Positions 22,832 through 32,000 of a stretch of 32,000 nt of DNA are shown here, in pieces. Below the pieces are notes generated by a model. That model saw only the letters and a program-made list of their open reading frames with translations, made no database searches and was not told the origin of the DNA. How positions within the stretch are numbered: position 1 is the first letter of the stretch; each line of letters starts with the position of its first letter. Made by a program: the position numbers and the translations under genes. Origin of the DNA: Nostoc punctiforme PCC 73102 (GTDB lineage Bacteria; Cyanobacteriota; Cyanobacteriia; Cyanobacteriales; Nostocaceae); contig NC_010628.1 of NCBI RefSeq assembly GCF_000020025.1, forward strand, positions 2,790,001 through 2,822,000, given 5' to 3'.

Positions 22832-25270
22832 ATGAATGATTTTGTGCGTTATCAGCGTAGAAAAGACTATATCATCCTTTTAATAATTTGGCTGATAGCA
22901 TTAGTTATAGATAGAACTTGGTTTTTATTAGATAATTCGATTCCATCCTACGATCAAAGCGCACATTTAACGACAGCATTACATCATTATAGGATTTTTC
23001 AAAACTTTAATATCTTCTCAGAAAATTGGTGGTTATCTCTGTGGCAATTAACTCCAAGTTATCGCGCTCCTTTTTTATATATTTGCACTGTACCATTCTT
23101 GATGTTGTTTGGGCGTGGGTATGACCAGGCTAGTTTGGTCAACTTATTATATACTGCAATGATTATACTTTCAGTATATCATTTAGGTAACTTTTTATTT
23201 AAAAACCGAAAAACTAGCATAACTGCCAGCGTATTTTGTTTATTATTTCCTATTTTAGGAATAATCAGAACAGATTATTTATTAGATTATGGGTTAACAG
23301 CAATTGTTATAGTAACTTTCACAATTTTGACAATTTGGAAAGATAGTTATGTTGGGTTTTTATCATGGGGGTTAACTCTCATATTGGGCGTAGGGATAGG
23401 TTTAATATTGTTGACTAAACCTACAGGATTTATTTTTATTTTAGTTCCTAGTATTTGGACATTAATTAGTTTTATTATAAAACGTAAATTCATTAAGCTA
23501 ATACAAGCTTGCTTGTCTTTGATGATAGCTTGGTTAATTTGTGGTTTTTGGTATAGCTTAAATTGGTTAACAATTATTACATCGGCATTAAACGCTAACC
23601 AAGTTGGAAAAGGGGAAGGCGATCCTTCTGCCACAACTATTGCTGGATGGTTATTCTATCCAAAGATTATCCCAGAAAGCGTTGGTTTTCCAATATTATC
23701 TGTGAGTATTGGCATTTTATTGGTTTATCTTATTAAATATAAATTTACTATTGATTTAACTCCCATATCTATTCATAAATCAGCTCGAATTTGGTTATTA
23801 GCTACCTTACTAAGTAGCTATATAATTTGTACTTTAGGTACAAATAAAGACATTAGATTTATTCTGCCGTGCTTTCCTATTATTAGTTTAATATTGGCAG
23901 ATTTATTTAACCTAATTGAAAATATATATTTTGATAGGCTGAGATTAGCAACTCTGGTATTAAGTAGTATATTGTTACTCAATAATTTGTTTCCATTACC
24001 CCTAATTCAAGCATGGGGTGGTAAACATTTTCCTAATAATGATGGCAACGAATATCCTTTGGGTCAAGTAATAAATAAAATCATTGAAAAAAATATATAT
24101 TTAAGATCAACTTTAGGGGTAATTCCCGTTTCTACATCTCAGGTAAATGAGTTTACTTTAGATTATTTTGGCGCATTAGCAGATTTTCGCGTATATGGCA
24201 GAAAATTCACATATAATTTATCTCAGGCAGAGGAAGATTTACAATATTTTTCTTGGTATGTCATTAGAGATAATGAACCAAACCAACTAGGAAATAGTGG
24301 AGAGATTAAACGAAAATTAAACTCTTTAGTCAAATCTTCTACTGATTTGAAATTACAGGGTGATTGGATATTACCTAATGGAGATAAACTTCGATTATAT
24401 AACCGTAAGAATCCTTATGTAGTTGTTCAAAAAATCAGCAATAGTGAATCTGTTATTAGGCTAGAAAAAGTTGAGATTTCTCAACAATTAATTTTAGATA
24501 AGAATAACCCTGTAACATATCAAATAACAGGTTCATGGGATAATTTGCAAAATGGTATTTTACTATTAAAATGGCAAAATGGTCAATCATCTTGGGATCA
24601 CGATCATGCCATTGGCTTGGGAAATTTATACTGTGGTATCAAATGTCATCCTAAAGGAACTTTCCAGGTGAAAGAATCCTTAGCCACATTTATTCCTAAA
24701 ACTTTACCAGTAGGAAAATATAAATTATCAGCACTATATTTAGATAGAAGAACCAACAAAGCCACATCTTTAAGTATTCCAGATATTACTGTAGATGTGA
24801 CAGATGTAGGAACAGCAGAAAAATCCCCGCCTTTAGATTTAGTTACTCGAACTTCACAACTAGCACAAGAGTTACAACAGGGTAAATTAAATAATATATT
24901 TGCACAGATAGATAATTTCAATCTATACGATCCTACTCAAGATTATTTAAAACAGATTGGATTTGCGGCTAATTATCATCTGCAAAGAGAGCCAAATAAC
25001 TTAAATTGGCGTTATACTCTAGTCTTATCACAAGTTTTACAGCGCCAAGTGCCAGAATTAATCCAAAATTTAATAGAATTAACTAAATATGATGCTAAAA
25101 ATCCTTACATATATCTTTATTTAGCTGTTGTTTATTTATATAACTTTCAACCTGCACAAGCTGAACAAAAATTAGCGATAGCAGAACAATTAAAACCAGA
25201 TATCCCAGAATTAAAAACTTTAAGGCAAGTAACAAATATTATGAAATTTTTGCCATTAATCCATTTTTGA
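22832..25270 (+). CDS. Polytopic GT39/ArnT-PMT-like (lipid-carrier-dependent) glycosyltransferase with a soluble C-terminal domain ending in a TPR-like motif
   Basis: 812-aa ORF. There are about 11-13 hydrophobic segments in the first 400 aa, and a first-loop motif SYDQSAHL resembling the PMT_2/ArnT DE-loop. The C-terminus YIYLYLAVVYLYNFQPAQAEQKLAIAEQL is TPR-like. The gene is very AT-rich. The family call is from pattern only. Confidence 0.6.
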   Translation: MNDFVRYQRRKDYIILLIIWLIALVIDRTWFLLDNSIPSYDQSAHLTTALHHYRIFQNFNIFSENWWLSLWQLTPSYRAPFLYICTVPFLMLFGRGYDQASLVNLLYTAMIILSVYHLGNFLFKNRKTSITASVFCLLFPILGIIRTDYLLDYGLTAIVIVTFTILTIWKDSYVGFLSWGLTLILGVGIGLILLTKPTGFIFILVPSIWTLISFIIKRKFIKLIQACLSLMIAWLICGFWYSLNWLTIITSALNANQVGKGEGDPSATTIAGWLFYPKIIPESVGFPILSVSIGILLVYLIKYKFTIDLTPISIHKSARIWLLATLLSSYIICTLGTNKDIRFILPCFPIISLILADLFNLIENIYFDRLRLATLVLSSILLLNNLFPLPLIQAWGGKHFPNNDGNEYPLGQVINKIIEKNIYLRSTLGVIPVSTSQVNEFTLDYFGALADFRVYGRKFTYNLSQAEEDLQYFSWYVIRDNEPNQLGNSGEIKRKLNSLVKSSTDLKLQGDWILPNGDKLRLYNRKNPYVVVQKISNSESVIRLEKVEISQQLILDKNNPVTYQITGSWDNLQNGILLLKWQNGQSSWDHDHAIGLGNLYCGIKCHPKGTFQVKESLATFIPKTLPVGKYKLSALYLDRRTNKATSLSIPDITVDVTDVGTAEKSPPLDLVTRTSQLAQELQQGKLNNIFAQIDNFNLYDPTQDYLKQIGFAANYHLQREPNNLNWRYTLVLSQVLQRQVPELIQNLIELTKYDAKNPYIYLYLAVVYLYNFQPAQAEQKLAIAEQLKPDIPELKTLRQVTNIMKFLPLIHF

Positions 25271-25521
25271 AAGATTAGCAAGGAACAAAATAATATATAG
25301 CAATCCGATAGCGAAGCGGTAGCGAGTCAGACGCTCCTGCGTCGCTAACGATGCGCTATCGAGCGTCTTTGATTTATAAACTTATTTGTGTAGGAGGCAA
25401 TAGGCAACAGTCAAGAAGGCTCTTTGAGTTGTACTGAATTTTTTCAGAAATCAAATATGAGTCCTACAGCAGTCTTATTTGATTTGCGAAAAATCGGGAC
25501 TTGCTGATAAAAAAATGCGCT

Positions 25522-27738
25522 TTATTTCGTGGAAATTAGCCGTTCCATCGCTGAGTGCATAGCAGTCAACCGACGGACAATCTGATTGATCTCCAAATCT
25601 AATATGCTGTAATCAATGACTGCTTGACGAACAGGTGTATGTCCTTGATTGACAGCTAACTCTTGTATTCGGGCTGTACGCAGTGCTTGCAGGTGCGGTT
25701 GGATTTTTTGCAGCGTTTCTTCCAAGCCAGGTAAGGGCGGTGGGGTAATTTCCAGTTGTACTGAATCAGCTAACTGCTCTAACATTAGCGAAACTTGGCG
25801 GACAAAAGTTTCTAATTCCGGCAGTGGTACTGTTCCTCGAAAATGTTCGAGATGTACTGCTAAAACTGTCACGGAGTTAGTAAAACGTCCCATGTACACC
25901 AACAGCGTCATTACTGGTTCTACTAATTCTTTGGGCATTTGGGGTTCGCGCAGCAATCCTTGAAATGAGGCTTGAGCATTGCCAATTGCCAATCCCGTTT
26001 GTCGCCGTTGACTGATAATGGTGGAGTCACGCTCTTTTGTCCCCTGGTAAACAGCCATCACATCCCGAAAGTATTTGTGGCATTCTCGCAGTGCAGTGGC
26101 GAGTTGGCTGGGTAAGCGATCGCGTTCCCGATTTGGCAATATAAAGTAATGGCTTGCAAAAGCCAGTCCCGCCCCAATAAATGTATTCAACACGCGGAAG
26201 CCAGCAAATTGCCAACCAATGGGATGACCAATATCGATAATCAGTAAGACAAATATTGATAAGAAAATCACCGAATACCCATAGTTGACAGTGATTAGGG
26301 AAATGCCAAAAAATACTGTCAACACAATGATGATGTCTAACACAGACTTACTGGTGATAGTTGCAACTAAAACAGCTGCTAACACGGCTCCCAATATCGT
26401 CCCGCCAACTCGCTGAAAAAACCTCTGGAAAGTTGCACCTAAGTTCGGTTTCAGGACTAGGATGCTTGTCAGTGTCACCCAATACCCCATTGGTAAATTA
26501 GTAATGCTGTATAGGATTACGCCTACAGTGAGAGTTACACTAATGCGGAGAGCATGACGAAAGATTGCTGAATCTAAGGTGAGGTTGTCTTTGAGTAAAC
26601 TTAAGAGCGATCGCTGTTCATCTTCAACTACAAGAAGTTTATCTATATCTCGGCGACTTATCTTGTTATGTTCTACCAGAGATTTAACTGTCTGAGCCGT
26701 ATATTGCAACTGCTTGATCAGTTTTTCTATCATCAGCACCAGGTTAGTGAAAGCAACGAGGGTTGTGTAGTCTGTCTCACTCCCAGCAATTGCTTTTCTT
26801 TGCAGACTTTCTTGTTCTTTTAGTGCCTCATAAATGCGGTTAAGATTTCCCAAATCGATGCTAGCAGGCTTGCGAGATATGACTTTCGCTATGGCTTGCA
26901 AAACGACTGATATTTGTTCGAGTGCATCGTCTACTAATTGCTGAACTGCGTGATATTGCTGTTGTTGGAAGTGTGTTTCTAGTAACTCTGTTAAAGCAAT
27001 AACTGAGCCAAGCAAGCGATCGCCATCCTGAATTAGCACCAATAACTGCTCATCCATCCAACTCCGAGCCGGCTTTCCAATCCGTGCAGTACCTAAAGTA
27101 GTCCGTGCTGTCTCTAATGCCTGTCTAATTTCGAGAATATTTTCAGGTGTTGCCACCTTACCGAGAAATGCCTGAATGTATCTGGCGATTCCACTGAAGC
27201 AATCAGCCAAAGCTATTTTTAGTGGGTCATAAGGTCTAAAAGGCCACATTACTAAAGAAAGTAACATCGCCCATCCACCTGCAATCAGACATAGCAGCGA
27301 TCGCATAAGTGCGGCTTCCAGATTTCCTGGCTGTGCGATCGTCGAAATAAATGATACCCCTACAACCAGACCGACATTTGCACCAGCATTACCATATATC
27401 GACGCAAAACCTGAAGCAAGTCCCCAAAGAAATGTAAGTACTACAGATAATCCTTGAATTTTAGCGACTAGAGTACCCACAAATACTGAAACAGCCATTC
27501 CCAAAGTAGCCGCCACCATTGCCTTAGCTTTGATCTGGTAAGGGCCACCAACATTTGCTAAGTTGACAAAGTGAGCCATTAAACCGACAAATAATCCGCT
27601 TTCCCTTTGGTTGATCAGTTGCCCAATTAGCATCGGAACTCCCAACGCTAATGCAGCTCGCAAGCCGTTGGATATTGCTGGTTTTCCTTGCTCTGGCTGG
27701 ATCAGAGACCTGAGAAAATTACTTCGATTCAACTGCAT
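25522..27738 (-). CDS. FUSC-family (YccS/YhfK-like, fusaric-acid-resistance-type) integral membrane protein
   Basis: There are two blocks of about 5-6 TM helices separated and followed by long helical cytoplasmic regions, the typical FUSC duplicated architecture. I place the start at the ATG at 27738 (MQLNRSNF...). The ORF-track GTG at 27864 reads through a repeat element. Confidence 0.7.
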   Translation of the reverse strand: MQLNRSNFLRSLIQPEQGKPAISNGLRAALALGVPMLIGQLINQRESGLFVGLMAHFVNLANVGGPYQIKAKAMVAATLGMAVSVFVGTLVAKIQGLSVVLTFLWGLASGFASIYGNAGANVGLVVGVSFISTIAQPGNLEAALMRSLLCLIAGGWAMLLSLVMWPFRPYDPLKIALADCFSGIARYIQAFLGKVATPENILEIRQALETARTTLGTARIGKPARSWMDEQLLVLIQDGDRLLGSVIALTELLETHFQQQQYHAVQQLVDDALEQISVVLQAIAKVISRKPASIDLGNLNRIYEALKEQESLQRKAIAGSETDYTTLVAFTNLVLMIEKLIKQLQYTAQTVKSLVEHNKISRRDIDKLLVVEDEQRSLLSLLKDNLTLDSAIFRHALRISVTLTVGVILYSITNLPMGYWVTLTSILVLKPNLGATFQRFFQRVGGTILGAVLAAVLVATITSKSVLDIIIVLTVFFGISLITVNYGYSVIFLSIFVLLIIDIGHPIGWQFAGFRVLNTFIGAGLAFASHYFILPNRERDRLPSQLATALRECHKYFRDVMAVYQGTKERDSTIISQRRQTGLAIGNAQASFQGLLREPQMPKELVEPVMTLLVYMGRFTNSVTVLAVHLEHFRGTVPLPELETFVRQVSLMLEQLADSVQLEITPPPLPGLEETLQKIQPHLQALRTARIQELAVNQGHTPVRQAVIDYSILDLEINQIVRRLTAMHSAMERLISTK

Positions 27739-27764
27739 TGTTTTTTTAACAAAACAAAAGTTTT

Positions 27765-27904
27765 TAGGGCTTACGCACGGGTAACGGAAAACGTAGACAC
27801 GTTCGCGTAGCGTCTCGTAGAGAAGTGGCTTGCCGCAGGCTACCACAGAGGGCGCAGAGGTCACGGAGGAATGAGAGTTTTAGAGGGTTTTTGCGTAAGT
27901 CCTA
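27765..27904. mobile_element. MITE-like element of about 140 bp with 13/14-nt terminal inverted repeats
   Basis: The left end is ttagggcttacgca. The reverse complement of the right end is ctaggacttacgca. The GC-rich interior (gcgtagcgtctcgtagagaag...cagagggcgcagaggtcacggagg) contrasts with the AT-rich flanks. Confidence 0.5.
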
Positions 27905-28221
27905 GTTTTATTTGGATTTTTTTAATATTCTTATATATTTAGATTTATTCTAATTCATCGTGGGCAAGTGAGAGCTTTTCGAGAAAGTGAATATTAGGAT
28001 GCACTTTTGCTACTTTATCATTGACAGAATGATTGCCAACTAAGCTTCACAGGTATATGCCCCAGAGATTGCTAAGGCTGTGTAACTAATTGTAGCCAAA
28101 GTTATGCTTTAGATAATTTGAAGTGATCCGAATAATTTGCCTCCATTGGAGTAGAAACTAAAAACGGCGTTTTTTGAAATGAAGTATAAATTTGATCTGT
28201 CTCTAATTTATAACTATTTTC

Positions 28222-28269
28222 TAGGGGCAATTCATGTAACTGCGAACGTGGCTACATGAATTGCCCCTA
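28222..28269. repeat. Perfect 17-bp inverted repeat with a 14-nt loop (3' stem-loop of the SLH gene)
   Basis: taggggcaattcatgta-actgcgaacgtggc-tacatgaattgccccta, 41 nt downstream (minus sense) of the 28310 stop. No U-tract follows on either strand. Confidence 0.8.
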
Positions 28270-28309
28270 CAAAAATAATCCGATTGTGCAAAATAAATTA
28301 GTTGAACAA

Positions 28310-29941
28310 TCAAGCAGTCAGAATATAAGGCGAGTCGATCGCCGCTACACGACCAGCATCTACCAAGGCTTGGTATACCATCGCCGCTACCTCAGCGCGT
28401 GTAGCATCACGGGTAGGATTGAGTTGTTTGAGGTTCGGGTGATTGACAATAATCTCCTTGTTTATAGCTTTTACTACCTCATCCTTGGCATATTCAGGAA
28501 TCTTGGCTTGGTCATCGAAAGCTTTAATAGATGCTGTACCATCAGCAGATAGCCCCAACCCATTCACGAGGGAGACAATCACTTGCACGCGCTGAATATT
28601 TTTGTTCGGACCGAAAGTATTGTCAGGAAAACCAGAGAGAAATAAACCTTGATATGCCTGCTGAATAACCTTAGATGCCCAGAAATCTGCGGGTACATCT
28701 TTGAATTTAACCACGGGGCGATTTGGCGATGGGTTGAAAGCTTTTACCAATAATGCGGCGTATTGTGCCCGTGTCATCGTAGCATCGGGTTTAAATGTGC
28801 GATCGGGGAAACCATTAACTATCCCTAATTTGACTAATTCCCGAATAAACCCACCTGCCCAATGATTACTAATATCGGTTAATTCGATAGTAGGTGTGGG
28901 GGTTGGTGTCGGCGTTGGTGTTGGTGTTGGTGTTGGTGTTGGCGTTGGTGTTGGCGTTGGCGTTGGTGTCGGCGTTGGTGTCGGTGTCGGGGTTGGCGTT
29001 GGTGTTGGCGTTGGCGTTGGTGTCGGGGTTGGCGTTGGTGTCGGGGTTGGCGTTGGTGTCGGCGTGGGAACCGAACTATCTGCAAACTCTATACTTCCCG
29101 CGACTTTAGACGCATCTATTTTATTTCCTATAGAAACCAGCTTGTTGGAACTGGCATTTTGCAAATCAAATTTACCGTTATTGCGTAAAGTATTACCTCC
29201 TAAGTTATTAGTACTGCCGATATCCGGTAGGGCAGTTCCAATTACTGTGATACCATCATCGGTGTTATTTTCACTGACATTGTTACGTAATAGAGGACGG
29301 GCACTACCAGAGATGACAATCCCAGAACGGTTTTCGTAAATTTTGTTATCTCGAAGGATGGGTGATGCAGTATCACTAATAGCAATGCCAAAACCTGTTT
29401 TGACGCAGGTATTACCTTGAATTTGACCTTTGGAATTTTTAGCGATCGCAATTCCATTGGCTGCATTCTCACTGAACAAATTACCTAAAATAATTGGGTT
29501 CGCCTCACCTGTAGCAAATACTCCCTCCCGCTTACAGTTGGTGAAAGTATTATTAGCAACAGTAGGAGCAGTTGATTCAATCCAGACACCACTACCACGG
29601 CTAGCCAGATTTGTTACAGTGACCCCCCTGAGTTCGGCTTTATCCAGCAACACAAATGTGACATTCTGAGCAGCGAAGGTACGGCTCAAGTAGGTACCAC
29701 TACCTTCAATCAAAATGCCCTTACCAGTGTTTATTTCATTACCCACCACTGTCACGCCAGATGGAACCGTTAGCGGAAAGACTTCACCGCTAGCAACATT
29801 ATAATTACCATCTGCTAGTTGAATCTTGGTATCAACAGTAGCTACCTTAAGGGCTTGGGTAATAGTTTTGAATGGGGCTTGTTGGCTACCAACGTTGGTA
29901 TCGCTACCTGATACTGGATTTACATAAAAAGTTTGAGCCAT
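28310..29941 (-). CDS. Cell-surface protein: N-terminal right-handed beta-helix (DUF1565/pectate-lyase-like repeats), (PT)30 linker, three C-terminal SLH domains
   Basis: The N-terminus [27 protein letters not shown] and repeated G-N-x-I/V turns indicate a beta-helix. The SLH motifs are [54 protein letters not shown]...GFPDNTFGP, and ...[19 protein letters not shown]. Confidence 0.85.
   Translation of the reverse strand: MAQTFYVNPVSGSDTNVGSQQAPFKTITQALKVATVDTKIQLADGNYNVASGEVFPLTVPSGVTVVGNEINTGKGILIEGSGTYLSRTFAAQNVTFVLLDKAELRGVTVTNLASRGSGVWIESTAPTVANNTFTNCKREGVFATGEANPIILGNLFSENAANGIAIAKNSKGQIQGNTCVKTGFGIAISDTASPILRDNKIYENRSGIVISGSARPLLRNNVSENNTDDGITVIGTALPDIGSTNNLGGNTLRNNGKFDLQNASSNKLVSIGNKIDASKVAGSIEFADSSVPTPTPTPTPTPTPTPTPTPTPTPTPTPTPTPTPTPTPTPTPTPTPTPTPTPTPTPTPTPTIELTDISNHWAGGFIRELVKLGIVNGFPDRTFKPDATMTRAQYAALLVKAFNPSPNRPVVKFKDVPADFWASKVIQQAYQGLFLSGFPDNTFGPNKNIQRVQVIVSLVNGLGLSADGTASIKAFDDQAKIPEYAKDEVVKAINKEIIVNHPNLKQLNPTRDATRAEVAAMVYQALVDAGRVAAIDSPYILTA
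28889..29068 (-). repeat. 180-nt coding dipeptide repeat encoding (Pro-Thr)x30
   Basis: Codon boundaries traced by hand: the first CCC is at 29068-29066 and the last ACT at 28891-28889. The units vary synonymously (ggtgtt/ggcgtt/ggtgtc/ggggtt). An 18-nt higher-order unit ggcgttggtgtcggggtt is repeated near 29010-29065. Confidence 0.9.
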
Positions 29942-31112
29942 ATTTATACTTCCAAAAAATACATAGCTATCTTAGCGCTAACTATAAAAGTAGGTAGCGA
30001 TTGATGCATTAAGTAACTTAAAGTACTTCTCACTGCAAAGTTTAAAAATTATGCATATCCGCTATGCCAGCAAAAAAGGACTAGAACCACTTACTACGCT
30101 TTTTCAAATCACTGTATTTTCTGTTGCTTTGGTAATGTAACGGAGGATTGAATCAAAATCTTGACGAAGTTCAGCAAGTTGTCTTACCCAAGTGTTAGAA
30201 GGTGCGATCGCACTTTCTTCTTGTTGACGTGCGGCTGTAATTTGCTTGTCAATCTCGCCGTATACCTTAAATTCTGTTGCAACTCAGAAAGGTGATAAAA
30301 CAATGGCGTTCCTATTTCACCCTTCCGAGCAGCCAAACTCAATTCGCTTTTCAAATTTAGCCCCTTCCCCTTTACCCTTTACCCAGACCAAACCCAGCAA
30401 TTTTGGGTTGGCAGACTACTAGCACCATGCTTTAAAGTAAGTGAACGTAAATAATTGTCGTTAGGATAAGGCAATAGGTATAACAGTTTTAGCGTACTTC
30501 ATTTTTCTTTACATAGTTTGATTTTATTCTGGCAACTTACTTAACCCGTAAACAAAATCGAATTTAACATTGCCAAAAATTGTCTGCAATGCTACGCTGT
30601 GACTGAAATTGTACATACTATAAATATGTATAAATTTCAGAGTTAATTTAATCATTAGCTGGGTTAATTTAAGTAAAAAAATATTAACTTTTTTGTTAAC
30701 CTGCATATAATACCCAATTAGCTCCGATAACTGAATCGTATAACTGAAATTTGTTGTTTAATCCAAATTAATCAGGCTTTAGTTTTGATTAAAGCCACAC
30801 ATAACTTATTCATATAACCCCTTTCTAAACCTCCCGTCCATAGGGATAGAGGCTCTGATTCTTACTAACCTTACCTTTTAGTGAAGGGTTTAGGGGTAAT
30901 GTTTGAGTGCAATTTGTACACGACAACAAATTATTATCGACACCATTTTTCTTGAATTTTCTGGAAAAGCTTTGATTGCTTTTGAATTCCAATACTAGTA
31001 GTTAAAAATCCTGCTGCATCATTAGAAATCTTGATTAGATTAGCTTTTGCCTCCATCTGTAATCTAGATGAAGTGTATATTTTCATGTCCATAATTGCTA
31101 AGGATGAATACA

Positions 31113-32000
31113 ATGACTCGTTTATCCAGCCCGATTGAAAACTTAAAAAGTTCCTATACAGTTGTAGTTATTGGTTCTGGTTATGGTGGTAGTATTGCCG
31201 CATCGCGTTTAGCACGAGCCGGACAGCAAGTGTGTATTTTAGAGCGAGGGAAAGAATTTCAACCTGGTGAATATCCCAAAACTCAAAGCAAAGCATTGGC
31301 ACAAATGCAGATAGATTTGCCACAACATCATCTAGGTTCGCACACAGCTTTGTATGACTTTCATGTGAATAAAGACATTAATGTCTTTATTGGTTGTGGA
31401 CTAGGTGGAACATCTTTAGTTAACGCCAATGTGTCATTACAAGCTGAACCGCGTGTATTTGCAGATTCACGCTGGCCAAAGGAATTGCGTGATGATGTCG
31501 GGACTTTATTAGCCGCAGGTTATCGTCGTGCAGAGGAAATGCTCAAACCTACTCCCTACCCTGAAAATTTTCCTCCACTACCAAAATTACAAGCTTTAGA
31601 AAAGTCGTCTAAATATTTGAATGAAAAGTTCTATCGTCCCCCCATCAATGTGACATTCCAAGATGGGGTGAATCATGTCGGTGTAGAACAAAACAAATGT
31701 AATCTCTGCGGTGATTGTGTTTCTGGCTGTAATAATAAAGCCAAAAACACCGTGTTGATGAATTACCTCCCAGATGCAAAAAACCACGGTGCAGAAATCT
31801 ATACACAAGTTTCCGTGCGACGAGTTGAACGTCAGGGGAATCGCTGGCTAGTCCATTACCAATTATTAAACACGGGACAAGAAAGCTTTAACGCTCCCAC
31901 AATGTTCGTCAGTGCTGATATTGTGATTCTGGCGGCTGGGACATTGGGATCTACAGAAATTTTGCTGCGTTCTCAAGCTGCTGGTTTAGCGGTATCTGAG
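31113..32000 (+). CDS. GMC-family / cholesterol-oxidase-like FAD-dependent oxidoreductase; the 3' end runs off the window
   Basis: My own translation: MTRLSSPIENLKSSYTVVVIGSGYGGSIAASRLARAGQQVCILERG (a Rossmann GxGxxG FAD fold), GCGLGGTSLVNANV, CNLCGDCVSGCNNKAKNT, and ILAAGTLGSTEILLRS. AAGGA lies 8 nt upstream. An alternative in-frame ATG is at 31104. Confidence 0.75.
   Translation, partial: MTRLSSPIENLKSSYTVVVIGSGYGGSIAASRLARAGQQVCILERGKEFQPGEYPKTQSKALAQMQIDLPQHHLGSHTALYDFHVNKDINVFIGCGLGGTSLVNANVSLQAEPRVFADSRWPKELRDDVGTLLAAGYRRAEEMLKPTPYPENFPPLPKLQALEKSSKYLNEKFYRPPINVTFQDGVNHVGVEQNKCNLCGDCVSGCNNKAKNTVLMNYLPDAKNHGAEIYTQVSVRRVERQGNRWLVHYQLLNTGQESFNAPTMFVSADIVILAAGTLGSTEILLRSQAAGLAVSE

Noticed and set aside
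27739-27864. The 42-aa N-terminal extension of the FUSC ORF (GTG start at 27864)
   Set aside because: It is encoded entirely by the MITE-like repeat and an A/T-rich linker. The first membrane-protein-like sequence begins at the ATG at 27738.
28879-29339. ORF-track entries translating the repeat as (GV)n on the plus strand (28896..29339, 28894..29109) or as HQRQPR repeats (28879..29085, minus strand)
   Set aside because: These are alternative-frame or antisense readings of the (PT)30 coding repeat. The PT frame is continuous with well-defined beta-helix and SLH domains.
1-32000. tRNA, rRNA, tmRNA or RNase P genes
   Set aside because: I scanned the intergenic regions for T-loop-like GGTTCGAATCC/GGTTCAAATCC motifs and cloverleaf-sized GC-rich islands and found none.

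Overview
The window looks like filamentous (Nostocales-like) cyanobacterial chromosome. By eye there are at least two dozen HIP1 palindromes (GCGATCGC), STRR-like heptanucleotide tandem arrays, and a canonical psbA. From 18.5 kb down to position 1, every gene is on the minus strand and encodes signal transduction. In transcription order these are: a 1801-aa Ser/Thr-kinase/NTPase/TPR/GAF/His-kinase giant; a REC-His-kinase 15 nt downstream; a decayed IS relic; a Cache-HAMP-PAS hybrid kinase split by a 1-nt frameshift inside a PAS domain; and a tightly coupled stressosome-type operon. The operon runs RsbR-RsbS-RsbT, then GHKL-PP2C phosphatase, then an RsbT-like-domain hybrid His-kinase with two receivers, then a REC-PAS-His-kinase that runs off the window. 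No sigma factor or RsbV/RsbW pair is present in the window. The stressosome module wired to two-component output, with three paralogous RsbT-type GHKL domains in a row, is the most interesting candidate system. The rest of the window holds: psbA (E130, D1:2-type) with an intrinsic terminator; a CDA-fold deaminase; a 6TM Kv-like K+ channel with a C-terminal zinc ribbon; S-formylglutathione hydrolase; an AT-rich, HIP1-free GT39-like/TPR membrane glycosyltransferase; a FUSC-family membrane protein; a beta-helix/(PT)30/3xSLH cell-surface protein; and the 5' part of a GMC/cholesterol-oxidase-like flavoprotein. I found no tRNA, rRNA or CRISPR array. Domain calls come from motif recognition in the translations. 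No searches were run.
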